A stretch of DNA of 64,000 bases from assembly GCA_039815185.1 (NCBI GenBank), contig JBCBZT010000004.1, positions 128,001 to 192,000 of the forward strand, written 5' to 3'. The translations under genes were made by a program, and so were the position numbers. Positions 1 through 10,400 of this stretch are shown here, piece after piece. How positions within the stretch are numbered: position 1 is the stretch's first letter; every line of letters starts with the position of its first letter. Source of the stretch: Cyanobacteria bacterium P01_A01_bin.123. Its GTDB lineage: Bacteria; Cyanobacteriota; Cyanobacteriia; Phormidesmidales; Phormidesmidaceae. The notes under the pieces are model-generated. The model saw only the letters and a program-made list of their open reading frames with translations, was not told the origin of the DNA and did no database searches.

Positions 1-138
1 TTCGCAGGCATGACAAGAGCCCATCAAACAGCCTGTGGGAATCCTCACGCCAGCCCGCTCAGCTACCGCCAATAGGGGTTCCCCAGCTTCAGCTTGGATG
101 GTGACATTATCGGGTAAGAAGCGGATTTCAACGGCCAT
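1..138 (-). CDS. 2Fe-2S ferredoxin-type protein (partial, runs off window start)
   Basis: Manual translation from ATG 138: MAVEIRFLPDNVTIQAEAGEPLLAVAERAGVRIPTGCLMGSCHACE, with the C-x4-C-x2-C motif. Absent from the ORF track. Confidence 0.85.
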   Translation of the reverse strand, partial: MAVEIRFLPDNVTIQAEAGEPLLAVAERAGVRIPTGCLMGSCHACE

Positions 139-150
139 GGTTTGACAAGA

Positions 151-432
151 CTATTCAGGCTTTTCATCAGAACGAAGCATCGCCACCAGCGTATGGTGAG
201 CATCCCCAGCGTCTTTCAACTGATGGTCAAAACTGATCCGGACGGGCTTTTCACTGCCATCTACTAGGGCCGTCAGATCCATCCCCTCAGCATCAATTGT
301 GTTCATTGTCGCGGCTGTGGCAGCTTGCAACTCACCATAGCGCTGGGCATACACCAGTACCGAGTCAGCATGGTCTTTATTCATATGTTTGCAAATGCGA
401 TCGCTAATGGCAGCAGTAATCGGTTCTGACAT
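151..432 (-). CDS. DUF2470 domain protein (heme/GluTR-binding-like)
   Basis: RICKHMNKDHADS...IDAEGMDL...RISFDH pattern typical of DUF2470. Confidence 0.85.
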   Translation of the reverse strand: MSEPITAAISDRICKHMNKDHADSVLVYAQRYGELQAATAATMNTIDAEGMDLTALVDGSEKPVRISFDHQLKDAGDAHHTLVAMLRSDEKPE

Positions 433-506
433 GGCACTCTATTTAAGCTACGTTTCATTCTGACGGTAGCGTAAAAGAGCAAGAAGTGAGGACAATCTCA
501 AAGTGA

Positions 507-908
507 GACGAAGTTACCAAGATTCACCTCCAGCTTGATCAATACAACTGGCCATCTGTTTATCTCGCTATTTTGATCGCGATTCCTGCTGTTTGCTGGC
601 GAGATTTGGTTTGGCTTTGGCAAGACCACCACCCAATTTTGCTTTGGATCGTGGTCGGTATCAGCATTTTTGTGCTGGGTGGATTTGGGGCCGAAGCAAT
701 CAAACAAGGTTTACATGAAGCGTTTAGCGCAGACACCACCAGTTCTGTGATAGACCAGCCCAGTAGACTGCTATTTTTGAGCGAACACATCAGAATTACC
801 GTTGAGGAGCTTGCAGAGCTACTGAGTGAACCCCTTATATTGTTCGGCATAGCTCAATTTGCATTGGAAAGCCTCTCTTCTTCATCTGGCTCTGCCCTGT
901 CCGTGTAA
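507..908 (+). pseudogene. 5'-truncated fragment of a multi-TM membrane protein
   Basis: Frame opens right after TGA 504-506 with DEVTKIHL (resembling an internal DE..IHE motif), followed by hydrophobic helices and EELAELL. No credible start or N-terminus. Confidence 0.5.
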
Positions 909-916
909 GCAAAATG

Positions 917-1273
917 CTATTGATTGCCAGTTGCAGAGAGATCTTGACAGCCAACGGAAGATTTGACAGCATCCATTAGAGTTGCCCCGCAGAGATTAGC
1001 ATTTTTGAGGGTGACATCATTGAGTCTGGCATTGCGTAAGTTGGCGCCGCGCAGGTCAGCCCCTTCAAGGTTAACGGAAGTCAGATGCGCCCAACGGAGA
1101 TCGGCATTTCGTAAGTCTGCCCCACGGAGGTCAGCCTTGGTCAGCCTTGCTCCAAACAAATGGCAGTCGCCACAGCGTTTAGTTAAGCGCAGTTTCCATA
1201 GATTCAAGGTAATCGGGTCTGGCACTGCGACTGTAAGGAGTAACGTACCTAACAAAATGCGACCAAGCTTCAT
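917..1273 (-). CDS. Pentapeptide repeat protein with signal peptide
   Basis: MKLGRILLGTLLL signal, CxxC (RCGDCHL), A(D/N)Lxx repeats. Confidence 0.85.
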   Translation of the reverse strand: MKLGRILLGTLLLTVAVPDPITLNLWKLRLTKRCGDCHLFGARLTKADLRGADLRNADLRWAHLTSVNLEGADLRGANLRNARLNDVTLKNANLCGATLMDAVKSSVGCQDLSATGNQ

Positions 1274-1380
1274 CGAGCAACCTTTCTCAGCAGTAGGCAT
1301 CAAGATACCAATATTGGATAGTTTAATTTTAGAGAGCCAGGTAAGCAATCAATGTCTTGGTTTTATGGAACTTCAATCCT

Positions 1381-1659
1381 TTATAAACATGTCCGACGGT
1401 ACCAATCCTCACCGTTTTGAATCGCCCATACCAGTAGGCGAACATTGACAATACCGATAATGATCAATGCGATCGCGTAGTAAACCTGACGCCTAAATCG
1501 CAGATTAAACACTCCATTGATTAGCATCGGCATCGAACCAATCACCAAACCCGGCCCCGCACACATCACCACCACAATCGCAACAATGAAATAAAGCGGA
1601 TTTTCAATTAGACTGCCCCATACACCTTCAATACCTTGGCAAAGCATCTGTAGATTCAA
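1381..1659 (-). CDS. Small hypothetical membrane protein (2 TM)
   Basis: Two hydrophobic segments; start overlaps the Uma2 stop. Confidence 0.5.
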   Translation of the reverse strand: MNLQMLCQGIEGVWGSLIENPLYFIVAIVVVMCAGPGLVIGSMPMLINGVFNLRFRRQVYYAIALIIIGIVNVRLLVWAIQNGEDWYRRTCL

Positions 1660-2228
1660 CCCTGATTTCCAAACGAAACTGCTTCATAAAGCAGTCCAAT
1701 CGGGAACTCAAACCCGATGCTTTCTAATTTGATGATGTCTCCAGCCTGATAGGGATAGTAAAGCCACAAACGCCCTTCACCCCGACGATAAATCTCAACA
1801 TTCACCTGGGTTGAGCTAATTAACATATACTCCTCTAGACTCGGCAACGTCCGATATTCCTTAAACTTGTCACCCCGATCTAACGCTTCTGTCCCCTTGG
1901 AGAGAACTTCAACAACCAGCTTTGGAGATTGGATTGCGTTGAGGGCAGTCAGATCACGCTCGTCACAGCTCACAACCAAATCGGGGTAACGGTAAACCGT
2001 GGGGGTAACACTCACCTTGGCATCGGCAATATTGATGCGGCACCCCTGAGCCCGAACCTGTGGACGTAAGGCAGTTAGCAAGTTGATAGCAATATCGTTG
2101 TGAGGCAGCGTGCCCCCTGTCATCGCCAGGACTTCACCATCGACGTATTCAAAGCGAAATTCCTGGCAGGGTTCCCACGCCAGATAAGCATCAACGGTCA
2201 TCTTTTGGGGTTGAGGGGTAGCAATCAT
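1656..2228 (-). CDS. Uma2 family endonuclease-like protein
   Basis: FEYVDGEVLAMTGG, YPDLVVSC, VVEVLS, DRGDKFKEY, SLEEY motifs. Confidence 0.93.
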   Translation of the reverse strand: MIATPQPQKMTVDAYLAWEPCQEFRFEYVDGEVLAMTGGTLPHNDIAINLLTALRPQVRAQGCRINIADAKVSVTPTVYRYPDLVVSCDERDLTALNAIQSPKLVVEVLSKGTEALDRGDKFKEYRTLPSLEEYMLISSTQVNVEIYRRGEGRLWLYYPYQAGDIIKLESIGFEFPIGLLYEAVSFGNQG

Positions 2229-2256
2229 GGACTCAGAATCTGGCGATGGTCAAGGC

Positions 2257-2855
2257 TTAATCCAGAATTAGAAGCTGACTCAGGTCAATCTCAATGTCGG
2301 GAAATATATCAACTGATACATTAGCAGTTGAATCAAAAATCTGTTCTGACCCATAGACATTGTTCTGGGGATGACGGTAAACGATCACTTGGCTTCCCTT
2401 CAAATCAACTACCCAGTATTCGGGAATCCCGGCTTTGGCGTACATTGGGGCCTTATATTTGCGATCGCGTGCAAGGTAGAGTCTGCGACCTCGATGATTA
2501 GATAAATATCTTCAGGTTCAGGATGGCGATCGCGGTAACGATTAGCTTCAATCTGCACAATGGCACAATCAGGCTCCGGCTCAGAATCGGGAGTCAGCGT
2601 TACCGGAAGCTGCACTCTGACCTTGGCTCTGCCCGCAAACAACGCCTTTAAGTAATCGCCCCCCTCATCTGTTGTAGCCGCATGGGGTGGTTCTTGGGGA
2701 ACCATTTCAATAATTTGCCCGTTGATTAGTTCTACTGGTGTATCCGGAGTCAAAATACCGAGTGCAAGCATCTGATGATAGTCATCAGTTGTCCAACGTT
2801 TCACGGGAAAATCTATTTGAGAAGCTGGAGATGACTCTGAAGCCGTACCTACCAT
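2257..2855 (-). pseudogene. Uma2 family protein, frameshifted
   Basis: ORF 2409-2855 (VELINGQI...EPEPD...IEVADSTL) and ORF 2257-2445 (YAKAGIPEYWVVD) join if one G is restored near 2471-2472, giving TL-ARDRKYKAPMYAKAG. Confidence 0.85.
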
Positions 2856-2895
2856 TGCTTATCCTCGGCAGTAAACCCATTTCCATTCTAAAATC

Positions 2896-3219
2896 TCAAG
2901 CTCGCTTGGCCTTAAACAGAGAACTATCACCCCCATGAAACTTGATACGCCCTTCCAATTGATCCGTTGACTTTAAAGTTAACCACCCGCTGCCAGAGGC
3001 TTCATCGCACTCATCATTGCCTCCCCAAGTAAACTCAAACCGCTCAGTGCCACTATCGTTGACGATTTCCCCATCCAGGCCGCCAGCCACTAGGCCAAAT
3101 TGAAACTACCCGGTTCCCCTCTCCCCCACAGTGATATAAGCCTGTACCTCCATGTTGAAATAACTCTCATCCCACATTTCCATGTCATAAATGTGCCAGT
3201 TGCCCTCAAGTGCCATCAT
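2896..3219 (-). pseudogene. Conserved hypothetical protein with internal amber stop
   Basis: From ATG 3219: MMALEGNWHIYDMEMWDESYFNMEVQAYITVGERGTG*FQFGLVAGGLDG...; in-frame TAG at 3106-3108 (probably GAG>TAG). Confidence 0.75.
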
Positions 3220-3371
3220 TGAATATTCCTCTGGTTCTGCAGCATTTATAAAAGAAACGATAGGCTATCGGTTGTGCTCTATTGCAAATTGACAAGTCAG
3301 CGCTGACTCATTTTGCAAGTGATATGTATGGCAAAACCTCTCTAGAGGAGAATTTTGCCTCAGCCTCAATC

Positions 3372-4265
3372 ATGACTCAACCCACGATGTCCAGTCCCTC
3401 ATCTCCTAGCTTTGTTCACATTCCTGTCTTACCGGAAGCGGTGATTCAAGGATTGGCCATTCAGGCAGGGGGAGACTACCTCGATGTCACGGTAGGGGGT
3501 GGGGGTCACAGTCGTTTGATTTTAGAGGCTGATCCCTCCGCCAAACTATTGGCCATTGATCAAGATCCAAGCGCGATCGCGGCTGCCAAATCTACCCTGG
3601 CTTCCTTTAGCGATCGCGTTGAGTTTTGGCATGGCAACTTTGGCGACTTTTCCCCCGGCGAGCGCCGCTTCGATGGTATTGTGGCTGATTTGGGGGTAAG
3701 TTCTGCTCAGTTTGATGTAGCCGAACGGGGGTTTAGCTTTCGGCTAGAAGCGCCCCTGGATATGCGGATGAATCCGCAGCAGGCACTCTCTGCTGCCGAT
3801 GTTGTTAACCACTGGGACGAAACCGACTTGGCTAATGCCATTTATCAGTACGGTGAAGAACGGCTGTCTCGCCGCATTGCCCGCAAGATTGTCGATCAGC
3901 GCCCCTTTCAAACCACGACTGCACTGGCCGACGCGATCGCCAGCTGCGTACCCAAAAAATATCGTTACGGCAGAATTCACCCCGCCACCCGTACCTTCCA
4001 AGCCCTGAGGATTGCAGTCAACCGTGAGCTTGATGTGCTTGAAACTCTCCTTGATCGAGCGCCCCATTGGCTTAAGCCAGGGGGACGCTTGGTGATCATT
4101 AGCTTCCACAGTCTTGAAGATCGCCTGGTGAAGCACGGGTTTCGCAACCATCCTCAGCTCAAAATTATGACCAAGAAGCCCGTTATTGCCTCAGAGACAG
4201 AAGTGGACAGCAATCCGCGATCGCGTTCGGCTAAGTTGAGAGTGGCAGAGCGAGTCGTCATTTAA
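3372..4265 (+). CDS. rsmH: 16S rRNA m4C1402 methyltransferase RsmH
   Basis: [51 protein letters not shown]. Confidence 0.97.
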   Translation: MTQPTMSSPSSPSFVHIPVLPEAVIQGLAIQAGGDYLDVTVGGGGHSRLILEADPSAKLLAIDQDPSAIAAAKSTLASFSDRVEFWHGNFGDFSPGERRFDGIVADLGVSSAQFDVAERGFSFRLEAPLDMRMNPQQALSAADVVNHWDETDLANAIYQYGEERLSRRIARKIVDQRPFQTTTALADAIASCVPKKYRYGRIHPATRTFQALRIAVNRELDVLETLLDRAPHWLKPGGRLVIISFHSLEDRLVKHGFRNHPQLKIMTKKPVIASETEVDSNPRSRSAKLRVAERVVI

Positions 4266-5164
4266 TGCAGCCTTTTCATCTTTTACTTGCCCTGATGACC
4301 ACAGCCCTTTGGGGCTTTACCTTCGTGGTAATCAAAGTTGGGCTCGAGGAATTCCCGCCCCTGTTATTTGCGGCGTTACGATTTATGGTGGTGGCTTTTC
4401 CGGCGGTGTTTTTTGTCAGCCGTCGCGGTATCCCCTGGCGATGGATTGTGGCCGTGGGGTTGGCCATGGGGGTCGTGCAGTTTAGCTTGCTCTATTTAGG
4501 CATGTACAACGGCATGCCTGCTGGGTTGTCTTCCCTGGTGTTGCAGTCCCAGGCAATATTTACGCTGCTATTGTCCACCATCGTTTTAGGAGATGCCCCA
4601 ACGCGACGGCAAATGGCGGGCATGGGGTTGAGTGTGGGTGGCATCGGCGCGATCGCGTTTCAAAGTTTTAGTGAGGCCCGGTTCTTTGGATTATTGCTGG
4701 TGTTGGGGGCAAGCTTGGCTTGGGCCACAGGCAATATCTGCGTCAAAGTGGCCAATGTGGATGGTTTTCGGCTGTTTGTTTGGATGGGATTAATTCCGCC
4801 GCTGCCGCTACTGGCGCTATCATTCCAGTTTGAGACCCATCAGTGGGCTGCGTTGACGAGTTTAAATGGTTGGGGACTCGGGGCTTTACTCTACACCGGG
4901 TTAATTTCATCGGTGCTGTGCTTTGGCATTTGGGGCTTTTTGATGCAGCGTTACTCCCCCAATCGGGTAGCCCCATTTTCGCTACTGGTGCCGATTTTTG
5001 GACTGGGCTTTTCGGCATTGCTGTTGGGCGATCGCTTAGGTCCTGCCGAAATCATCGGGGCGTTGCTCGTGTTTATGGGATTGGGATTAATTGTGACTGC
5101 TAAAAAGGACGCAGCCCGTGCCAAACACACCATTCGATCAATTCGCTTATTACCTCGTCGTTGA
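4265..5164 (+). CDS. EamA/DMT family transporter
   Basis: LWGFTFVVIKVGL, about 10 TM helices, VAPFSLLVP; start overlaps the rsmH stop. Confidence 0.92.
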   Translation: MQPFHLLLALMTTALWGFTFVVIKVGLEEFPPLLFAALRFMVVAFPAVFFVSRRGIPWRWIVAVGLAMGVVQFSLLYLGMYNGMPAGLSSLVLQSQAIFTLLLSTIVLGDAPTRRQMAGMGLSVGGIGAIAFQSFSEARFFGLLLVLGASLAWATGNICVKVANVDGFRLFVWMGLIPPLPLLALSFQFETHQWAALTSLNGWGLGALLYTGLISSVLCFGIWGFLMQRYSPNRVAPFSLLVPIFGLGFSALLLGDRLGPAEIIGALLVFMGLGLIVTAKKDAARAKHTIRSIRLLPRR

Positions 5165-5705
5165 TCTCGAAGCCACCTGTTGCGATCAAAAGCAGATACC
5201 GCGCAAACAAATGGAGATTATTGAAATCGGGGCGGTAATGGTGGCGTCGATTCACCTAGCTGTGGTAGATGAGTTCCAGATGTTTGTTAAGCCTGTCCGT
5301 CATCCCATATTGACTGAGTTTTGCACGCAACTGACCACCATTACTCAAGCTGAGGTGAACCAGGCACCGGGCTTTAAAGAAGCGATCGCGGCCTTTAGCG
5401 ATTGGTTGACGGGTTATGAAAATTGTTTATTTTGTTCTTGGGGCGATTTTGATCGCAATCAGTTTAAACAAGACTGTAAATTTCACGCCGTACCGTTTCC
5501 GGTTCAAAACCATTTCAATCTGAAAAAAGCATTTCTTCGGACGCAAGGCTTGAAACAGCGACGAGGCATGGCGCAGGCGCTGGAGCTAGCTGGAATTCCC
5601 CTCGTCGGCACTCACCATCGCGGCATTGACGACGCCCGTAATATTGCTAAGTTGCTGCCCCATGGATTGGGGCGCAAACGGTTGCAAAGAAGTGAGATGG
5701 GTTAA
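5118..5705 (+). CDS. DEDDh 3'-5' exonuclease (ERI1/KapD-like)
   Basis: VVDLEATC, EIIEIGAV, SWGDFD, HHRGIDDARN. Confidence 0.92.
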   Translation: MPNTPFDQFAYYLVVDLEATCCDQKQIPRKQMEIIEIGAVMVASIHLAVVDEFQMFVKPVRHPILTEFCTQLTTITQAEVNQAPGFKEAIAAFSDWLTGYENCLFCSWGDFDRNQFKQDCKFHAVPFPVQNHFNLKKAFLRTQGLKQRRGMAQALELAGIPLVGTHHRGIDDARNIAKLLPHGLGRKRLQRSEMG

Positions 5706-5712
5706 TGGGTTC

Positions 5713-5745
5713 AGATCCCTGGGTTCTCTAAGAACCCAGGGATCT
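5713..5745. terminator. Perfect 15-bp inverted repeat between convergent genes
   Basis: AGATCCCTGGGTTCT-cta-AGAACCCAGGGATCT. Confidence 0.7.
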
Positions 5746-5747
5746 TG

Positions 5748-7424
5748 TTAATCAGTAAATGTGCGATCGCTGACTGTTGCAACCCCGCTCGCATTTTGGA
5801 ACAGCTTCTCCAAGGCAATGCCTTGCGCTTCCGGCATTTGCCCGTAGGTGAAGCAGTAGGGAACAGTGGCTGGCAACTGTGGCAAAACGCGATCGCGCAC
5901 ATAAGGACTACCATAAATCACAACCCCTTGGAGGGTATTGGATTTAAGCAAAGTCTCCAACCAGGCTTGGGCTAACTGGCTCACATGCGCTGTGCCGCGA
6001 AAGGGGTTGCCGCGAATAAAGAGTTGCAGTAGGGTCGGTATCGGTTCAAGGGCATCCTGAACAGGCATTGGGCTACGGCAATCGGCGATGTGCAGTGTGT
6101 AACCGAGTTGCTTTGGGAGGGCGATCGCAGGGGCTGTGCGTCCCAAAAATCGGCAGTCTAAAATCTCGTCGGTGACGATCAAATTTCTGCCAAAACTACT
6201 GGGATGACTAGACACAGTTTGAATCGTGCCGCGCTGCTGTTGCGCCTCGCGCAAGATAGTAGCTGCAGTTTGTCGGACCTGAGGCTGGGCTAGTTGATCG
6301 AGTTGAATGGCTGGGGGCGGGGTGTGCTCCCAAGCATGGGAGTGGTTCAGACTGGTGGAGTAGGGCGACGTTACTTTCAGTTTGGCCCGCCAGATCCGCT
6401 CTAGGGATGCTTGGATACGCGCTGAAGAAAGGCGGCCAATGGTCACGGCTTCGGCAATCGCCTGGATGGTACCTTCTGGGTCGGCGGGCATCAAGACGAT
6501 ATCGGCACCGGCTTCGACAGCAAGAACAGCGGCTTCGTAGGGGCCGTAAGCTTCGGCGATCGCGCCCATAATCATCGCATCGGTCACGATTAACCCGTCA
6601 AAACCTAGGTCACGACGTAACAGACCCGTGAGAATAGGGGGCGACAGGGTAGCAGGTAAAGCTTTGTCTAGGGCAGGTAGGTTTAAGTGGGCTGTCATCA
6701 CCGCGTCTACCCCGGTCGCGATCGCTGCTTCAAAGGGGGGTAACTCCACAGTCTGGAGCCGCTTCAAATCATGGGAGAGGGTGGGCAACATTAGATGGGA
6801 ATCTATGGCTGTATCGCCGTGCCCCGGAAAATGCTTGGCGGCGGTGAGTACGGGATGGCGCTGGGCACCGCGAATAAACGCACTACCCAGAGCACTGACA
6901 ATCTTTGGCGCATCGCTAAAGGCACGCACGTTGATCACTGGGTTAGCTGGGTTGTTATTGACATCCATCACCGGGGCCAAAATCCAGTTCAAGCCAATCG
7001 CCAGTGCTTCTTGGGCAGTGGCGGCTCCCATGGCTTCGGCTAGGGCGATCGCGCGGGGCAGATCCTGCTGGGCAATTTGTCCCAAAGCCATCGGCGGCGG
7101 GAACCAGGTGGCTCCGCTAAAGCGCTGCCCCACCCCTTCTTCAATATCAGCAGCTATCAGTAGGGGAATGGTCGATTGGGATTGAAACTGCTGCGATCGC
7201 AACCCCACCTCTGCGGCACTTCCGCCCAACAAAATTACGCCGCCAACGCCCAAAGTTTCAAGGCAATGGGTCATAGCCTCATCATCGGCTTCCCAAGCTG
7301 GGTATTGAATTTCGTGGTCAAACAGGTGCCCTGTGGTGCGTACCACTATCATTTGCGCCACCTGAGCCTCTAAACTCAAGTGCTCAATATCGGGCAGCAC
7401 GGGGTGAACGGTTCCAAAACCCAA
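5748..7424 (-). CDS. GH3 beta-N-acetylhexosaminidase (NagZ-like)
   Basis: ADIEEG, APVMDVNNNP, KHFPGHGDTAIDSH, IVTDAM. Confidence 0.92.
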   Translation of the reverse strand: MGFGTVHPVLPDIEHLSLEAQVAQMIVVRTTGHLFDHEIQYPAWEADDEAMTHCLETLGVGGVILLGGSAAEVGLRSQQFQSQSTIPLLIAADIEEGVGQRFSGATWFPPPMALGQIAQQDLPRAIALAEAMGAATAQEALAIGLNWILAPVMDVNNNPANPVINVRAFSDAPKIVSALGSAFIRGAQRHPVLTAAKHFPGHGDTAIDSHLMLPTLSHDLKRLQTVELPPFEAAIATGVDAVMTAHLNLPALDKALPATLSPPILTGLLRRDLGFDGLIVTDAMIMGAIAEAYGPYEAAVLAVEAGADIVLMPADPEGTIQAIAEAVTIGRLSSARIQASLERIWRAKLKVTSPYSTSLNHSHAWEHTPPPAIQLDQLAQPQVRQTAATILREAQQQRGTIQTVSSHPSSFGRNLIVTDEILDCRFLGRTAPAIALPKQLGYTLHIADCRSPMPVQDALEPIPTLLQLFIRGNPFRGTAHVSQLAQAWLETLLKSNTLQGVVIYGSPYVRDRVLPQLPATVPYCFTYGQMPEAQGIALEKLFQNASGVATVSDRTFTD

Positions 7425-7429
7425 CGGCT

Positions 7430-7882
7430 TTAGTCCTCATCGAGGAAATCGCCTGTTGCGTCCTCAACAGCCCAGCTTTCAGGATCGTCGTTATCCCAAC
7501 TATCATTATCGTCTTGGGGCTTTTGATCACGCTCGTGGCTTAACTGATTGAGTAACGTCAACACCTGTGCCCCCCGCTCAAAGGAGCGATCTTCTCGAAA
7601 GATGACTTCTGGGGTGCGGCGTAACCGCACTCGCTGGCCTAACTCACTGCGGACATAGCCCGTGGCAGCCTTGAGCCCTGCCATGGTTTCAGCTCGGGCA
7701 TCTTCGGTGCCGTAGATGCTGACAAAAATTTTGGCGTGTTGTAAATCGCCTGATACAGCCACATCTGTGACGCTAACCATGCCAGCGCCAATTCGATCAT
7801 CCTTGATGCTGCTCATCAGCATTTGACTCACTTCCCGCTTAATTAGGGCGGCGACGCGGGCGACCCTCCGACTTGTTGCCAT
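7430..7882 (-). CDS. rbfA: 30S ribosome-binding factor A
   Basis: [28 protein letters not shown]. Confidence 0.97.
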   Translation of the reverse strand: MATSRRVARVAALIKREVSQMLMSSIKDDRIGAGMVSVTDVAVSGDLQHAKIFVSIYGTEDARAETMAGLKAATGYVRSELGQRVRLRRTPEVIFREDRSFERGAQVLTLLNQLSHERDQKPQDDNDSWDNDDPESWAVEDATGDFLDED

Positions 7883-8020
7883 GGCTCAATACTCCTTACT
7901 TGCATCAGTGAAATCTAAAGTCACCGATTTCAATTCGTTAGGGTCTGCTGAGGTAATCCCTAAACCTGCTCCCGATCTTTCCTAATGTCCCAAACCTGAA
8001 GGGCAGCGTCATAGCTAGCG

Positions 8021-8224
8021 TCAGACGGCGTCCAACCCCAACATGGCGCGGAGGGTAAACGTTAAGAAAATAAAGCCCGCGATCACGGCCCCGGCCAACG
8101 CGATCGCCGTTGTGGGACGTTTCAATAAAGGCACCAGCGGCTCAATAGCGTTGAAGAAAATCCCCAAAGAAAAAGAAATCAGATAGCGGGGATAACGAGC
8201 GACGTTATTAAAAAATTCCTGCAT
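8021..8224 (-). CDS. DUF751 family protein
   Basis: FFNNVARYPRYLIS...TLRAMLGL; usual neighbour of cyanobacterial rbfA. Confidence 0.9.
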   Translation of the reverse strand: MQEFFNNVARYPRYLISFSLGIFFNAIEPLVPLLKRPTTAIALAGAVIAGFIFLTFTLRAMLGLDAV

Positions 8225-8376
8225 GGCCTAGCTAAATCCTGGCCCTCATCGGGCACTGAGTAAATGTTGTCGTCAGATTTCAGGAGAACAGTTTTAAAAA
8301 AACTTGCCTCAAAAAGTACCAATTTACGATTCATCTCTTATCTTAGGAGACTAATGCTCACATGAAGGGTTGATTT

Positions 8377-9369
8377 TTGCCAGGTTCAGTTCCCAATCAC
8401 GTCGCCACATCCTTGGGTAACTCAGGAGGCGAGTGGGTTCAATCCGCCGTCGCAGCCCGTCCATTTCTCAAATGGGCGGGAGGAAAAGGGCAGCTAATTT
8501 CACAATATCAGCCCTACTTTCCCACACATTTCAAAACTTACTGTGAACCCTTTTTGGGGGGTGGAGCTATATTTTTTCATTTAGCATCTCAGTCCGCATC
8601 TCCGGAAAATTCCGCCTGCGTTTCTAGCCGCTTAATAGACATCAATGCAGAACTGGTCAATGTCTATTGCTGCGTTCGCGATTATCCCGAAGCGTTGATT
8701 CAGTGCCTCACCCACCATCAAGCCAATCATTGCAAAGCTTATTACTACCAGATCAGAGCAAATTCTTACTCGACACCATTAGAACGGGCTGCCCGGTTGA
8801 TTTACTTGAACAAGACTTGCTTCAACGGTCTATACCGGGAAAACTCCAAGGGGCAGTTCAATGTACCCATAGGACGCTATAAAAATCCTAAAATCTGCGA
8901 TGCTAACTTGCTAAGAGTTGCTGCCTGCGTCCTGAAGTCCGTAGAAATTCTTCAAGCCGGATTTGACATTGTTGAGCAGTACGCCAGAGGCGCTGATGAT
9001 TTTGTTTATTTTGATCCGCCCTATCACCCCATTAGCGCCACCAGCAGCTTCACTGGATATAACCGCTACAGCTTCAAGGTTGCCGATCAAGAGCGACTCC
9101 AGCAAACCTTTGCCACCTTAGCCAACCGTGGCGTGCAGGTGATGCTCTCTAACTCAGACTGTGAGTTTATTCGCCAGCTTTATCATGGCTTTCATATGCA
9201 CGAGATGCAGGCTAGCCGCAGCATTAACGCTAAAGCTAAGCGACGAGGCAAAATTGCAGAACTCCTCATCACCTCTTATCCGGTGAATCATACTCGCATA
9301 CTTGAGGCGTCAAATTCCCAGCCTGTTAGCTGCCAGTCAGTCCCTGCAACTGCGATCGCAGCGACATAA
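8377..9369 (+). CDS. Dam-family DNA adenine methyltransferase (probably GATC)
   Basis: FLKWAGGK, EPFLGGG, YLNKTCFNGLYREN, FVYFDPPY, MLSNSD. Start uncertain. Confidence 0.93.
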   Translation: MPGSVPNHVATSLGNSGGEWVQSAVAARPFLKWAGGKGQLISQYQPYFPTHFKTYCEPFLGGGAIFFHLASQSASPENSACVSSRLIDINAELVNVYCCVRDYPEALIQCLTHHQANHCKAYYYQIRANSYSTPLERAARLIYLNKTCFNGLYRENSKGQFNVPIGRYKNPKICDANLLRVAACVLKSVEILQAGFDIVEQYARGADDFVYFDPPYHPISATSSFTGYNRYSFKVADQERLQQTFATLANRGVQVMLSNSDCEFIRQLYHGFHMHEMQASRSINAKAKRRGKIAELLITSYPVNHTRILEASNSQPVSCQSVPATAIAAT

Positions 9370-10031
9370 CCTTCCCCTGGGGTGAGTTCTCTGAGGGTGT
9401 AGGGATTAAATCCTTGTGAGTGGGGTTGCATGCAGAGCACCGGGTGGGGACAAAATTCTATCTCAATCTCAGTCATGGCTTGGGTAAGGCCGCGGCCTAA
9501 GGCTTTCAAATAAGCTTCTTTACAGGTCCAAAACTTAAGGAATGTCGTGATTTTTGTGGCTTCAGGCTGTTGGTCCCAAGCGGCATATTCTGAGGTGCTG
9601 AGGCAATGGCGAGCCAGATTCTCCAGATGCGATCGCGGTTTGATGTACTCAATATCGATGCCTAAGGGTTGCTGACCGATGGCGTAAAGGGCAATATCCC
9701 CAGAATGGGACAAATTGAATTCCAGCCTTGTGGTCTGAATAGCGAGGGATGGTTTGCCATAAGCGCCGTAGTCAAACGGGATGGCTTCGGCAGCGCAATC
9801 GATATAGCGGCTCAGGATGTGGCGCAAAGTAGCCCGGCTGGCGATAAAGCGATCGCGATCGCGATCAAACCGAAATCGCTTGGCCCGGGCCCACTCGTCT
9901 GAGGATAGGCAAGCACTGATTCGATTAAGCACATTAGGTGACAGTACTAGATTTGCCCGCCAAACATGCACGCTATTGGATGCCAGCGTGAACAGGTCAA
10001 ATGGAGGATGGGGTGGTCTCTGCCAAAGCAT
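9288..10031 (-). CDS. Sfp/HetI-type 4'-phosphopantetheinyl transferase
   Basis: GKP, FNLSHS, GIDIE, WTCKEAYLKALG. Confidence 0.94.
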   Translation of the reverse strand: MLWQRPPHPPFDLFTLASNSVHVWRANLVLSPNVLNRISACLSSDEWARAKRFRFDRDRDRFIASRATLRHILSRYIDCAAEAIPFDYGAYGKPSLAIQTTRLEFNLSHSGDIALYAIGQQPLGIDIEYIKPRSHLENLARHCLSTSEYAAWDQQPEATKITTFLKFWTCKEAYLKALGRGLTQAMTEIEIEFCPHPVLCMQPHSQGFNPYTLRELTPGEGYVAAIAVAGTDWQLTGWEFDASSMRV

Positions 10032-10400
10032 TTCAAGTCTTGTGCCGACATTACTGCATTCCTGTGGGAATTATCCCTGGATTTGGGCATCCTCTCCATT
10101 AGGAGTGCCCAACGGGCATGCACTGATTGAGTCCTTGTAAATTGGGCGACATCCTTACCCCATCTACCCTGGCTAGAGTCAATTCATTGATTTCAAGCCT
10201 GAGTTTATTATTTGTATGAAGTCTCCAGTTGAGGATGCCAACCCTTAAAACCTTATGCCAGTATGCATTGTTAAGTGGAGTAAGTTCCCTCAATCTGTGT
10301 ACTCGATGACTGATGGCCTGTGACTGATGGTTTAGAGATCCCAATAGCTCAATCACCGTAGCGGATATCTGACACTGTCCACCCTTAATTCCCCTGACTT

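Noticed and set aside
963..1448. Long antisense or alternate-frame ORFs (also 6628-7185, 15060-15374, 39181-39597, 60668-61105)
   Set aside because: Shadows of well-supported genes on the opposite strand
3106..3108. In-frame TAG as pyrrolysine or programmed read-through
   Set aside because: No pyl machinery is expected in cyanobacteria; a GAG>TAG mutation or sequencing error is simpler
5713..5745. Palindromes at 5713 and 37161 as MITE or IS ends
   Set aside because: No second copy, target-site duplication or transposase in the window; their position fits bidirectional terminators
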